DNA of 36,016 nucleotides from Candidatus Andersenbacteria bacterium RIFCSPHIGHO2_02_FULL_45_11 (GCA_001817055.1 MHHP01000021.1:1-36016), one strand, 5' to 3'; counted from the stretch's first letter, positions 8,699 to 16,686 are shown. Translations and numbers: made by a program. Notes: a model not told the origin generated them from the sequence alone.

Positions 8699-8845
8699 CG
8701 TCGCGCTCCCTTCTCCTGTTTTGGGAGAAGGTTAGCTTTGCCTTTGTGCAAAGCGCGGATGAGGGGAAGTGAATAGCAGCTAACGCCCCTCACCCCTGCC
8801 TGCCGGCAGGCAGGCTAGCCCTCTCCCAGAACGGGAGAGGGGAAC
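8699..8845 (+). repeat. Composite GC-rich hairpin repeat, family B, copy 1 (fills the convergent HD/comFC spacer)
   Basis: Four modules are present: hairpin ccttctcc/ggagaagg (8709-8731); an extra hairpin gctttgc/gcaaagc (8735-8754); gagggg...cccctc; and a perfect 20-bp palindrome cctgcctgccggcaggcagg (8795-8814), followed by hairpin ccctctccc/gggagaggg (8819-8841). It is colinear with 23487-23596 and with the reverse complement of 14259-14378. Confidence 0.85.
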
Positions 8846-8854
8846 GGCCAATTC

Positions 8855-9625
8855 TCACCCTCTCGCTACCACCGCGCCCCAGATTTGTGCGTTGGGAATA
8901 CTTGGTAACACCGATGCCGCCGACGAAAGCGTTGAGCCCGTTGTGGTGACATCGTCTATGATAATTACAATGGATTTTTGCTGGACAAGAGTTTTGTACG
9001 CTTCTTCTGATATCGCTAACGAAAACGCATCTTTCATGTTTTCGCTTCGAAGCGTATGTGGCAAGTTTGCTTGCGAAGATGTGGAAACGGTGCGCTGTAG
9101 AATAGGCGCAACTTGAATATTGCAGATGCGCCCAATTACATTGGCGATATCTTCACTTTGGTTAAAGCCTCGTGTACGCTGGCGCCACGAATGTAGGGGG
9201 AGGGGGACAAGTACAGCGTGTTCTGATAGCTCTTGTATGGGCGCAATAGTTGTAATGCGTGGAATGAGGAGCGCTGCCATAATCTCTGCAAGTGGCCGGA
9301 TGCCTTTAAATTTGAGCCATTCAATACCACGCTGCAACGCTTGATTGGAATATGTGCCTACGCTTACGACGCCCGTGAGAACAGTTTCCTCACGGCATGC
9401 AATGCATGTTGTGCCGCGAAATCGCTCTTCTTTGCATATAATGCACGTAAGAATATGGGGCGGCACGGTTGCCCTGCACTCTTTGCAATACCATGTTCCT
9501 TCTAGTAGGCACTGGATACACCGCGCAGGGGCCAGCGCATCACGCAAGCCCTCTGCTAATTCAACGAGATGCTGATACGGCTTCAACCTGTGCAACAACA
9601 ATAGAGCTTCCTGATTTGCGCGCAT
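8855..9625 (-). CDS. comFC: ComF-family protein (ComFC-like phosphoribosyltransferase-domain competence protein)
   Basis: N-terminal Cys-rich CxxC...CxxC zinc-finger region, LVPLPLH..R...RGFNQ motif and a C-terminal PRT motif IIIDDVTTTGSTL. The start is uncertain. ATG 9625 overlaps the clpC 3' end by 65 nt, and the longest form starts at 9673. Confidence 0.75.
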   Translation of the reverse strand: MRANQEALLLLHRLKPYQHLVELAEGLRDALAPARCIQCLLEGTWYCKECRATVPPHILTCIICKEERFRGTTCIACREETVLTGVVSVGTYSNQALQRGIEWLKFKGIRPLAEIMAALLIPRITTIAPIQELSEHAVLVPLPLHSWRQRTRGFNQSEDIANVIGRICNIQVAPILQRTVSTSSQANLPHTLRSENMKDAFSLAISEEAYKTLVQQKSIVIIIDDVTTTGSTLSSAASVLPSIPNAQIWGAVVARG

Positions 9626-12185
9626 TGAGTACGTGCCCTTCTCCAAATTCTTTATTAATAATGGAGTGGGCAATAGGGTCTTCTAATAGTTCCTGTACGA
9701 TACGGCGGATCGGTCGTGCTCCTTTTCCTTCTGTAAATGCACGCTGCGCGATTTCGGTAATGACGCCTTTAGATACTTCAAGCGTAATATCTTTACTCAG
9801 GAGAATATTTTGCAGTTCTCGTACGTTGTTCTTAGAAATCTTTTCCATGTCTTGCTTTGTGAGGGGGGAGAAGACGATTACTTGATCAATACGAGACAGC
9901 AGCTCGGGAGACATTTGGTTATGGAGCTCTTTAATAACAGAGTCTTTGAGCTGCTCGTACTTCTGTTGCGCGTCATCTTTTTCGTCTGATTCCTCCGGCA
10001 TTGCAAAACCCATTCTCGCTTGCTGAGATAATTCGTGCGATCCGATATTGCTTGTCATAATAATGATGGTGTTGCGGAAGTTCACCTTGCGTCCGTGAGA
10101 ATCTGTGAGCTCACCTTCATCTAGTATTTGCAGCAAGATATTCCATACGTCTCGATGCGCCTTTTCTATTTCATCAAAGAGAATGACGGAGTATGGTTGG
10201 CGTCGCACTGTTTCTGTTAGCTTTCCGCCATCTTCATATCCTACATAGCCTGCAGGTGCTCCAATTAATCGTGATACTGAGTGCGATTCCATAAACTCAG
10301 ACATATCTACGCGCACCAGCGCATCTTCATTTTCAAATACTTCACGAGCCAATACTTTGGCCGTTTCTGTTTTGCCAACACCAGTAGGGCCTAAGAAGAT
10401 AAAGGATCCAAGTGGCCGGTTTGGGCTAGCAATTCCTGCGCGCGATCTGCGCACATACCGTGCAACTGCGTGGATCGCGTGTTCTTGCCCAATGATGAAC
10501 TTATGCATTACATCTTCTAGGTTCGCGAGTTTCTTGGATTCTTCTTTAAGAATATTACCTGCAGGAATGCCGGTACTTTCTGCAACTACCTGTGCAATAT
10601 GCTCTGCGTTAATAGAGAGGCGCTTTGCATCGTTCTTTGCAGATATTTTTCTTGAGTATGCGGCAAGCTCTTCATTCAAAAGGTCTTCTTGTCGTTTTGC
10701 TGCAAGCGCATCTTCGTAATGCTCGGCCTCAATTGCAGTTTCTTTCTTTTGTCGAAGTGTCGCAAGCTCGCTTTTTAGTGTATTCGCTTTTTTCGCTTCT
10801 TCCGTACCTGCAATTTTCAGCTGCAGTGTTGCTGCTGCTTCATCTAATAAGTCGAGTGCTTTGTCTGGTAAAAATCTATCTGGAATATATCGGATACTCA
10901 TTTCAACAGCAGCTTGGATTGCCTCATCGGTAACGGTAAGCCCATGGTGCGCTTCATATGCTTCGCGCGCGCCTTGCAAAATTGCAGTCGTTTCTTCTGG
11001 AGTTGGCTCCTTTACTTGCACAGGCTGGAACCGGCGTTCAAGCGCAGCATCTTTTTCGATATGACGGCGATATTCATCCAGGGTTGTTGCGCCAATCACA
11101 GAAACTTCTCCGCGCGCCAGTACTGGTTTTAGCATGTTTGCCGCATCCATGCTGCCACCAGAAGACCCTGCGCCTACAATGGTGTGGATTTCATCTATGA
11201 ATAATATAGTGTCGCGGTTTTCTTCGAGTTCACGCATGAGTTCCTTAATTCGTTCTTCAAACTCTCCTCTAAATGTTGTTCCTGCTAATATGCCTGCCAT
11301 ATCTAACGAGAGGATTCGTTTGCCCGTAAGCTTTGCAGGCACATTCCCGTCTGCAATCCGTTGTGCCAAGCCGATGACAATCGCAGTTTTTCCAACACCT
11401 GGCTCACCAATTAAGATTGGATTATTTTTATTCTTCCGATTCAGAATACTCATTACGCGGTCCACTTCTTTTGCTCGGCCAATGACAGGGTCGAACTTAC
11501 CGCTCAATGCCATTGCTGTTAAGTCTTGTGTAAAGAAATCAAACGCAGGGGTTTTTTGTTTCTTTGATCCAGTGTGGGAGCCAGGCATTCCAGATGCGCC
11601 GGAAACCATACCTGCCTGTCGGTCAGGCAAGCCGGCAGCTTCTGGTAAAATAATACCACCTCTTTCTTTGTGTTCTCCGGACAGGCCTTCTTCTTGTCCG
11701 CCTTTTCCTGCATTGCCGCCCAGTAAGTTCGAAAGATCGGGGAAGTGGGATGTACTCTTAAGTACAATCTGCACTTGCTGCATCAGGGACTTTACGTCTA
11801 CAGGAGATTTCTCTAGCAGCCTGTACCCAACAGAATCCTTCAGCGTAAGAATTCCATATAGGATATGTTCTGTGCCGATGTAGCGATGATGATACTGAAA
11901 GGCAGTACGCGCACCTTTTTCAAACGCGGCGCGAGTATGTGCGGATAGTTCCTCTTTCCATCCGTTTCCTTTATCCATTACTTCAAGTTCAGTGCGAATA
12001 AATTCTGGTGTGAGGCCAAACTTTTTCAAGATACTGTATGCAAGCGAACCGGATTCTTGGAGCATGCCATAGAGCATATGCTCTGTTCCGATATGACGGT
12101 GCGATAATTCTTGCGAAACTTTTGATGCGGACGCAAGCACGCTCTTAAGGCGAGATGTGAGTTTGTCTTGAATTGGTTTTTCCAT
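9561..12185 (-). CDS. clpC: ATP-dependent Clp protease ATP-binding subunit ClpC (class I AAA+ with two Clp_N repeats)
   Basis: Two Clp_N repeats, Walker A GEPGVGKT and GPTGVGKTE, DPVIGR, sensor motifs and a C-terminal D2-small domain. ATG 12185 lies 6 nt after TATACT (rc 12192-12197). The track's TTG at 12203 is unlikely. Confidence 0.9.
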   Translation of the reverse strand: MEKPIQDKLTSRLKSVLASASKVSQELSHRHIGTEHMLYGMLQESGSLAYSILKKFGLTPEFIRTELEVMDKGNGWKEELSAHTRAAFEKGARTAFQYHHRYIGTEHILYGILTLKDSVGYRLLEKSPVDVKSLMQQVQIVLKSTSHFPDLSNLLGGNAGKGGQEEGLSGEHKERGGIILPEAAGLPDRQAGMVSGASGMPGSHTGSKKQKTPAFDFFTQDLTAMALSGKFDPVIGRAKEVDRVMSILNRKNKNNPILIGEPGVGKTAIVIGLAQRIADGNVPAKLTGKRILSLDMAGILAGTTFRGEFEERIKELMRELEENRDTILFIDEIHTIVGAGSSGGSMDAANMLKPVLARGEVSVIGATTLDEYRRHIEKDAALERRFQPVQVKEPTPEETTAILQGAREAYEAHHGLTVTDEAIQAAVEMSIRYIPDRFLPDKALDLLDEAAATLQLKIAGTEEAKKANTLKSELATLRQKKETAIEAEHYEDALAAKRQEDLLNEELAAYSRKISAKNDAKRLSINAEHIAQVVAESTGIPAGNILKEESKKLANLEDVMHKFIIGQEHAIHAVARYVRRSRAGIASPNRPLGSFIFLGPTGVGKTETAKVLAREVFENEDALVRVDMSEFMESHSVSRLIGAPAGYVGYEDGGKLTETVRRQPYSVILFDEIEKAHRDVWNILLQILDEGELTDSHGRKVNFRNTIIIMTSNIGSHELSQQARMGFAMPEESDEKDDAQQKYEQLKDSVIKELHNQMSPELLSRIDQVIVFSPLTKQDMEKISKNNVRELQNILLSKDITLEVSKGVITEIAQRAFTEGKGARPIRRIVQELLEDPIAHSIINKEFGEGHVLNARKSGSSIVVAQVEAVSASR

Positions 12186-12201
12186 GCCATAAGTATACAA
12201 C

Positions 12202-12234
12202 AAAAAAAATATGCCACCAGGATTTCCGGGTGGC
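12202..12234 (-). terminator. Rho-independent terminator after the 151-aa orphan gene
   Basis: On the minus strand, gccacc-cggaaatcct-ggtggc is followed by atattttttttg. Confidence 0.6.
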
Positions 12235-12241
12235 GATTTGG

Positions 12242-12697
12242 TTACTTGATTGATTCAAGATAGGCGAGTGCAGCATGCGCATCTTGTGCTTCGAAGGATT
12301 CAAAACTTTCAAATTCGGAATCAAGGTTTGCATAGAACGTCAGGAGTCTTGGGACCAGCAGTTTTTTGATTTTTCCGTTCGGCATACCTGCGAGTGATGT
12401 CTGAAGAGCATGATGGTGACTATGGTGAGCATCGTGATTGATACGCCGATACTCAATCTGCAAAATCGATGGACGGATCTCTTCGGGAGTGTTATCCGTG
12501 ATGAAATACAGATCGTTGTTTGGGTCATATCCAAACGATAGTGCCATGTCTGGAACCGGATCTGACTCCGCGCTGATGAGTATGTATGAGTGGAATTTTC
12601 CGTCGCATCTGAATCTGGGACATCGATCTTTATCTGGCCTTACTGCGTGTGCCTGTAGCCACATCGAACGTTGTTGAGCTGTTGGTAGCGCGAGCAT
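12242..12697 (-). CDS. Hypothetical protein (151 aa, His-rich patch HDAHHSHHHA, acidic C-terminus)
   Basis: Self-contained unit: a sigma70-like promoter (12756-12784), GAGGAG 8 nt before ATG 12697, and a terminator at 12202-12234. No recognisable family. Confidence 0.7.
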   Translation of the reverse strand: MLALPTAQQRSMWLQAHAVRPDKDRCPRFRCDGKFHSYILISAESDPVPDMALSFGYDPNNDLYFITDNTPEEIRPSILQIEYRRINHDAHHSHHHALQTSLAGMPNGKIKKLLVPRLLTFYANLDSEFESFESFEAQDAHAALAYLESIK

Positions 12698-12755
12698 ACG
12701 AATGTCTCCTCAAAAAGGAATTTCGTTGAATTGGCAAGAGAGCAAAACTGCGGCA

Positions 12756-12784
12756 AGCATAGTGCGAAACAGGGGAGTGGTCAA
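12756..12784 (-). promoter_or_regulatory. Sigma70-type promoter of the 151-aa orphan gene
   Basis: The minus strand reads TTGACC-17 nt-TATGCT. This leaves a leader of about 50 nt carrying a GAGGAG Shine-Dalgarno sequence. Confidence 0.5.
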
Positions 12785-12793
12785 GGCGTTCGT

Positions 12794-12889
12794 AGATTTC
12801 TCCCCCTCGTATGAGGGGGAGCGAGAGGGGGTGCGTTGCTTGCTACGTACTGACCCCACCTCGCCTCCCCTCATATGAGGGGAGGAAAT
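12794..12889 (+). repeat. GC-rich double-hairpin repeat, family A, copy 1 (intergenic, upstream of recX)
   Basis: tttctccccctcgtatgagggggagcgagagggggtgcg...ctacgt.ctgaccccacctcgcctcccctcatatgaggggaggaaat. It has the same architecture as the 95-bp copies at 24625-24719 and 25241-25335, and its 3' half is nearly identical to theirs. Confidence 0.85.
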
Positions 12890-12908
12890 ACGCTACAATC
12901 TATATATT

Positions 12909-13343
12909 ATGCAAAAATCATCGGAAAAATCTGCGCGTCATATTGCGATTGATATTTTATCCCGGCGGGATAATAGCGTGCGAGAAGTGCGGCAGAAGCT
13001 GAAGAAGAAGGGGATTGCCGAAGAAGATATTGCTGAAACAGTAGATTGGCTGCAAGAAAAAAAGCTATTAGACGATAGCGTCTTTGCTCAGAAAAAAGCT
13101 GAAAGCATATATCGAACCAAGCTGGTAGGCCCTTCATATATAAGGATGAAATTAAAATCAGCAGGAATTGAAGACTCTACAATAGAGATAGTATTGGACG
13201 ATCTGGCTGATAATCAGCAGTGGCAAGACCGTGCCAGGCAGGCAATAGCGCAATGGAAAAAAGCGCATCCTAAACACGCAGAAGACAAAACCCGCCACAT
13301 GCGGTTTTTAGCATCAAGAGGATTTGATCTATATCTCTCGTAA
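12909..13343 (+). CDS. recX: Recombination regulator RecX
   Basis: 144 aa of three-helix repeats: A..IL.RR..S..E...KL..KGI.EE.I...V..L....LLDD..FA......, with C-terminal ..FL.SRGF. TACAAT (12894-12899) lies 9 nt before the ATG. Confidence 0.8.
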   Translation: MQKSSEKSARHIAIDILSRRDNSVREVRQKLKKKGIAEEDIAETVDWLQEKKLLDDSVFAQKKAESIYRTKLVGPSYIRMKLKSAGIEDSTIEIVLDDLADNQQWQDRARQAIAQWKKAHPKHAEDKTRHMRFLASRGFDLYLS

Positions 13344-14243
13344 TCGCTTGATTCGTTCTTCTAGCGGCGGATGAGTTGAAAGTAAGCCAGAAAAGGAACT
13401 CCCACCCCCTCTAACTCCCCCTCGGGCAGGGGGAGAACCAAACGGGTTTGCAATAAACAGGTGTGCCGTTGCATTGCTCGCAGTTTCTAGTGGGCTGCTA
13501 TGAGCGATTTTTTCTAATGCCCGCGCTAATCCTTCCGGGTAGCGTGTTAATAGTGCACCGGAAGAATCTGCCAAGTATTCCCGTTGGCGAGAAATCGCAA
13601 GTTGGATAATTTGCGCAATGATGGGGGATATAAGGAGGAGAACAATGCTGATAATTGCAATAAGTGCATTACTTTGATTGTTATCTCGACTTCTACGCCC
13701 ACCTCCAAAGAACATTGACCTGCCCACCAAGTCAGACAAAATCACAATGAACCCAACAAAGATTGCAACGAGTGTAGAAAATCGGATGTCATAATTTTTT
13801 ACATGAGATAGTTCGTGCGCAAGTACGCCTTCAAGCTCAGATTGCTCTAGTGCATGTAATAATCCTGTAGTTACTGCAATAGATGCATGCTCCGGGTCGC
13901 GCCCTGTTGCAAATGCGTTCATGGCAGGGGATTGGATAATATATATCTTTGGTGTTGGTACGCCTGCTGTAATTGCCAAGTTTTCAATAATGCGCGTAAG
14001 TTCCGGCGCTTCTTCTTTGGTAACCGCCTGTGCACGATTTGCAGCTAGTGCAATTTTATCTCCCGTATAGTAACCGATGAGCGAAGAAGGGATAGCGAGT
14101 ATAGCAGCGAGTATAGCGAGCGAAAAGTCTTGGTATCGAGAATACGAATACAGTGCGACAACACCGATTACGAATACAAGAACAATTACAACGAGAAAAA
14201 TTGATTTTCGCTTATTCGAAGAAATTTGTGAGTAGATGGTCAT
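13329..14243 (-). CDS. htpX: Zinc metalloprotease HtpX (M48 family)
   Basis: HELSHVKNYD (HExxH), four TM segments and a C-terminal LSTHPPLEERI motif. A repeat-derived insert (SPPARGGVRGGGS) sits just before STHPP. Confidence 0.9.
   Translation of the reverse strand: MTIYSQISSNKRKSIFLVVIVLVFVIGVVALYSYSRYQDFSLAILAAILAIPSSLIGYYTGDKIALAANRAQAVTKEEAPELTRIIENLAITAGVPTPKIYIIQSPAMNAFATGRDPEHASIAVTTGLLHALEQSELEGVLAHELSHVKNYDIRFSTLVAIFVGFIVILSDLVGRSMFFGGGRRSRDNNQSNALIAIISIVLLLISPIIAQIIQLAISRQREYLADSSGALLTRYPEGLARALEKIAHSSPLETASNATAHLFIANPFGSPPARGGVRGGGSSFSGLLSTHPPLEERIKRLREI
13399..13436 (-). repeat. GC-rich hairpin repeat, family C, copy inside htpX
   Basis: The reverse complement tctccccctgcccgagggggagTtAgagggggtgggag differs from the pheT copies at 2 positions in the core. 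It is in frame and is translated as SPPARGGVRGGG. Confidence 0.85.
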
Positions 14244-14258
14244 TGTTTATATAGTTAT

Positions 14259-14378
14259 CCCCTCGCCCCGGATGGGGAGAGGGTTAGCCTGCCTGCCGGC
14301 AGGGGTGAGGGGCCGTTAAGTCGACTAATTTCCCCTCATCCTCGCCTTCTCCCCGTCAGGGGAGAAGGGAGCGGCTAC
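14259..14378 (-). repeat. Composite GC-rich hairpin repeat, family B, copy 2 (lemA-htpX spacer, inverted orientation)
   Basis: The reverse complement reads gctcccttctcccctgacggggagaaggcgaggatgagggga...cccctcacccctgccggcaggcaggctaaccctctccccatccggggcgagggg, colinear with the copies at 8699 and 23487. Confidence 0.85.
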
Positions 14379-14379
14379 G

Positions 14380-14931
14380 CTAAAACTTCACCTCCGGAAC
14401 GGCTCGTTCACTTTCATCGTCAAGTTCAAAGAACTCTCGTTGTACAAATCCGAACATGGAAGCGATTACGTTGCTTGGCACAGTTTCAATTGCAGTATTA
14501 AAGTCTCGCACCACGCCGTTATAGAAGCGCCTAGATGCCTGAATCTTATTCTCCGTATCAGATAGTTCGCGCTGCAATTCCAAGAAGTTCGTATTTGATT
14601 TCAAGTCTGGGTAATTTTCTGAAACTGCAAACAGTGACTTCAAGGTTGAAGAAAGTGCGTTTTCTGCCTGTGCATGCTGTGCAGGAGTTTGTGCCGCAAG
14701 TGCCTGGGTGCGAGCTGCGGTTACAGAATCTAGTGTTGCGCGTTCATGTGACGCATATCCTTTTACCGTTTCAATGAGGTTAGGAATTAAGTTGTGACGA
14801 CGTTTTAATTGTACGTCGATATCGCTCCACGCTTCTTGTGCGCGATTTTTCTGCCGCACTAATGAGTTGTATGCGAATAGGATATACGCAACAACTGCAA
14901 CGATAATTCCGATAATCCAAGATGTAATCAT
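14380..14931 (-). CDS. lemA: LemA family protein
   Basis: N-terminal TM helix, then YNSLV...AWSDIDVQLKRRHNLIPNLIETVKGYA.HE and RR.YN..V..FN, typical of LemA. Confidence 0.9.
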   Translation of the reverse strand: MITSWIIGIIVAVVAYILFAYNSLVRQKNRAQEAWSDIDVQLKRRHNLIPNLIETVKGYASHERATLDSVTAARTQALAAQTPAQHAQAENALSSTLKSLFAVSENYPDLKSNTNFLELQRELSDTENKIQASRRFYNGVVRDFNTAIETVPSNVIASMFGFVQREFFELDDESERAVPEVKF

Positions 14932-14936
14932 ATAAT

Positions 14937-14946
14937 TATGATACTA
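14937..14946. promoter_or_regulatory. Overlapping face-to-face -10 boxes in the 22-bp lemA/pilM divergent spacer
   Basis: TATGATACT (14937-14945) lies 8 nt before pilM ATG 14954. TAGTAT (rc 14941-14946) lies 9 nt before lemA ATG 14931. There is no room for a leader or a Shine-Dalgarno sequence. Confidence 0.45.
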
Positions 14947-14953
14947 TCGTATC

Positions 14954-16066
14954 ATGGCATTTTTTGGAAGCCCAACATCATATATAGGAGTTGATCTCGG
15001 CACGTCTACGTCAAAAATCGTAGAGCTTGTGGATCGTAGACGCAGAATCGAGCTTACAACGTACGCGGAATCGAACATGCGTAACTTGCTGGTGAATCCG
15101 CCTAATGGGGATGCAGACGCAATTTCTCGTACTGCTGAAATTCTGCACCAAATGATGGAGCGTGCAGGCACCGTTGCAGATTCCGCCGTTGCGGCACTTC
15201 CTGGGGGCGTCGTATTTTCTACCGTGCTTATGATGCCTCGTATACCGGATTCAGAAATGGAAAAAGCAGTTCGCTTTGCCGCAAGAGATGTAGTGCCTGC
15301 CGACATTGATGAAATGGTTTTGGGCTGGAGTCGTGTAGGCAGTGGACCTCATATGACAACAGACCATGCAGACGCTGCACTGTCTGCAGATACTGAAAAG
15401 ACGGCAGCATCACCAGATGGCCCCATGCCTGTATTTATTACAGCAGCTCCAAAAGATATTGTGTCCCGCTACATTGCAGTGTTTGAGAATATGCAAATTA
15501 CATTGCTCGCATTAGAAGTGGAAACGTTTCCACTTGTGCGTTCGCTTGTGCATAGCGCTGATGCATCAACGCTAGTAGTAGATATCGGTTCTCGCGCCAC
15601 TACATTCCATATTATAGATGGTGGCACGCCCAGAGTTTCTCATACGATTGATTTTGGCGGTTACGATATTACCTCGGCCGTTGCGCAATCTCTTGGAATT
15701 GCAGAAGGCGATGCAGAGCTTCGTAAAGTTGAGCATGGGTTGCTTGCAGAGCAAGACGATGCTGCACGAAGTGCGATTGAATCTGCAGTGGTGCGCCAAG
15801 CAGAAAAAGCAAAAGATTTATTAAACCTCTATGAACAAAAAGAACACAAGCGCATTACAAAAGCTGTATTAATAGGAGGCGGAGCAAACTTACAGGGCTT
15901 GTCAGAATATTGGAGTCGTACTGTCGGAGTGCAAACCACCGTCGGCAATCCGTGGAAAGGATTAGCGTATTCGCAAAAGCTAGAAGACGTGCTTACTGAG
16001 ATTGGTCCGCGGTTCGGAGTTGCGGTTGGATTGGCATTGCGCGGTTTTGCACATGTGCCTTCGTAA
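14954..16066 (+). CDS. pilM: Type IV pilus assembly protein PilM (actin-like ATPase fold)
   Basis: IGVDLGTSTSKIVEL N-terminus, VDIGSRATT, and GGGANLQGL...VGNPW at the C-terminus. Confidence 0.85.
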   Translation: MAFFGSPTSYIGVDLGTSTSKIVELVDRRRRIELTTYAESNMRNLLVNPPNGDADAISRTAEILHQMMERAGTVADSAVAALPGGVVFSTVLMMPRIPDSEMEKAVRFAARDVVPADIDEMVLGWSRVGSGPHMTTDHADAALSADTEKTAASPDGPMPVFITAAPKDIVSRYIAVFENMQITLLALEVETFPLVRSLVHSADASTLVVDIGSRATTFHIIDGGTPRVSHTIDFGGYDITSAVAQSLGIAEGDAELRKVEHGLLAEQDDAARSAIESAVVRQAEKAKDLLNLYEQKEHKRITKAVLIGGGANLQGLSEYWSRTVGVQTTVGNPWKGLAYSQKLEDVLTEIGPRFGVAVGLALRGFAHVPS

Positions 16067-16107
16067 TCTGTATGTGGTATAGTCAGTACTAGTATCCTTC
16101 TTTATTT

Positions 16108-16686
16108 ATGCCAAGTATTAATCTTGCACCAGGTACCCAGTACATTATTGCCGCGCGTAAGCGCCGTGTACGGCTGTATGGCATTGCAGTGCTTGTAGTT
16201 TTTTTGTTTGCAGCTGCATGGGCAGCGCTGTACGCATACCACCAGGCATTGAGTAAAAATAACGAAGATATCGAAACAAAGATTAAAACTGCAAAGGCAC
16301 AAATCGAAACTCTGCGTTCTGACGCAGTTCGCGTTTCATTATTCGAAAAACGATTAGGTGAAGTAAGTACACTCCTTAAAAGTCATGTGCGTTGGAACGC
16401 TGTGTTTGCCGATCTTGAACGCCTGCTTCCTGTTGATACTGTGCTTACGAATTTTGAAGCTGCAAGCGATGCATCAACGATTACCGTACAAGGAATAACC
16501 GCCCAGGTAGATCAGGTATCGCTTGCAATTGCTAGCCTCACAGCATCCGAAGCTCATCCTTCCGTATTTGCTAGCGGCAGTATAAAAAACATTCAGCGGC
16601 AGGAGCAAAAAAATGGGGAAGAGGCATCTGTTATATATGGATTTACCATGACGTTAACTTTTGATCCGAACATTCTATGGCAATAA
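16108..16686 (+). CDS. pilN: PilN-like pilus assembly protein
   Basis: N-terminal INL.P motif, a single TM helix, a coiled coil, and its position directly after pilM. Confidence 0.65.
   Translation: MPSINLAPGTQYIIAARKRRVRLYGIAVLVVFLFAAAWAALYAYHQALSKNNEDIETKIKTAKAQIETLRSDAVRVSLFEKRLGEVSTLLKSHVRWNAVFADLERLLPVDTVLTNFEAASDASTITVQGITAQVDQVSLAIASLTASEAHPSVFASGSIKNIQRQEQKNGEEASVIYGFTMTLTFDPNILWQ

Noticed and set aside
11611-11640. cctgcctgtcggtcaggcaagccggcag in the clpC linker, as a degenerate copy of the 20-bp palindrome.
   Set aside because: The similarity is limited to short GC-rich words, with a 12-nt interruption. This cannot be distinguished from chance in a Gly/Ala/Pro-rich linker without statistics from a genome-wide search.
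11134-11883. 249-aa plus-strand ORF, with several shorter ones at 10357-11200.
   Set aside because: It is antisense to clpC, whose AAA+ motifs are unambiguous. Long antisense ORFs are common opposite conserved genes.
12186-12203. 5' extensions implied by the longest-ORF track. Examples: clpC TTG 12203, pilT TTG 19706, pilin GTG 22071, DedA 1301, purC 8115, GT4 5423 and 3168, HD protein 7940.
   Set aside because: The extensions use rare start codons or run into neighbouring genes or promoters. Internal ATGs with a -10 box or Shine-Dalgarno context, and homology to the family N-termini, fit better.
12811-13002. 63-aa ORF beginning MRGSERGCVACYVLTPPRLPSYEGRK.
   Set aside because: It is generated by translating intergenic repeat A1. 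It then runs out of frame into recX, which has its own well-placed start at 12909.
14944-15306. 120-aa minus-strand ORF.
   Set aside because: It is antisense to pilM and overlaps the lemA/pilM promoter spacer. It has no motif support.
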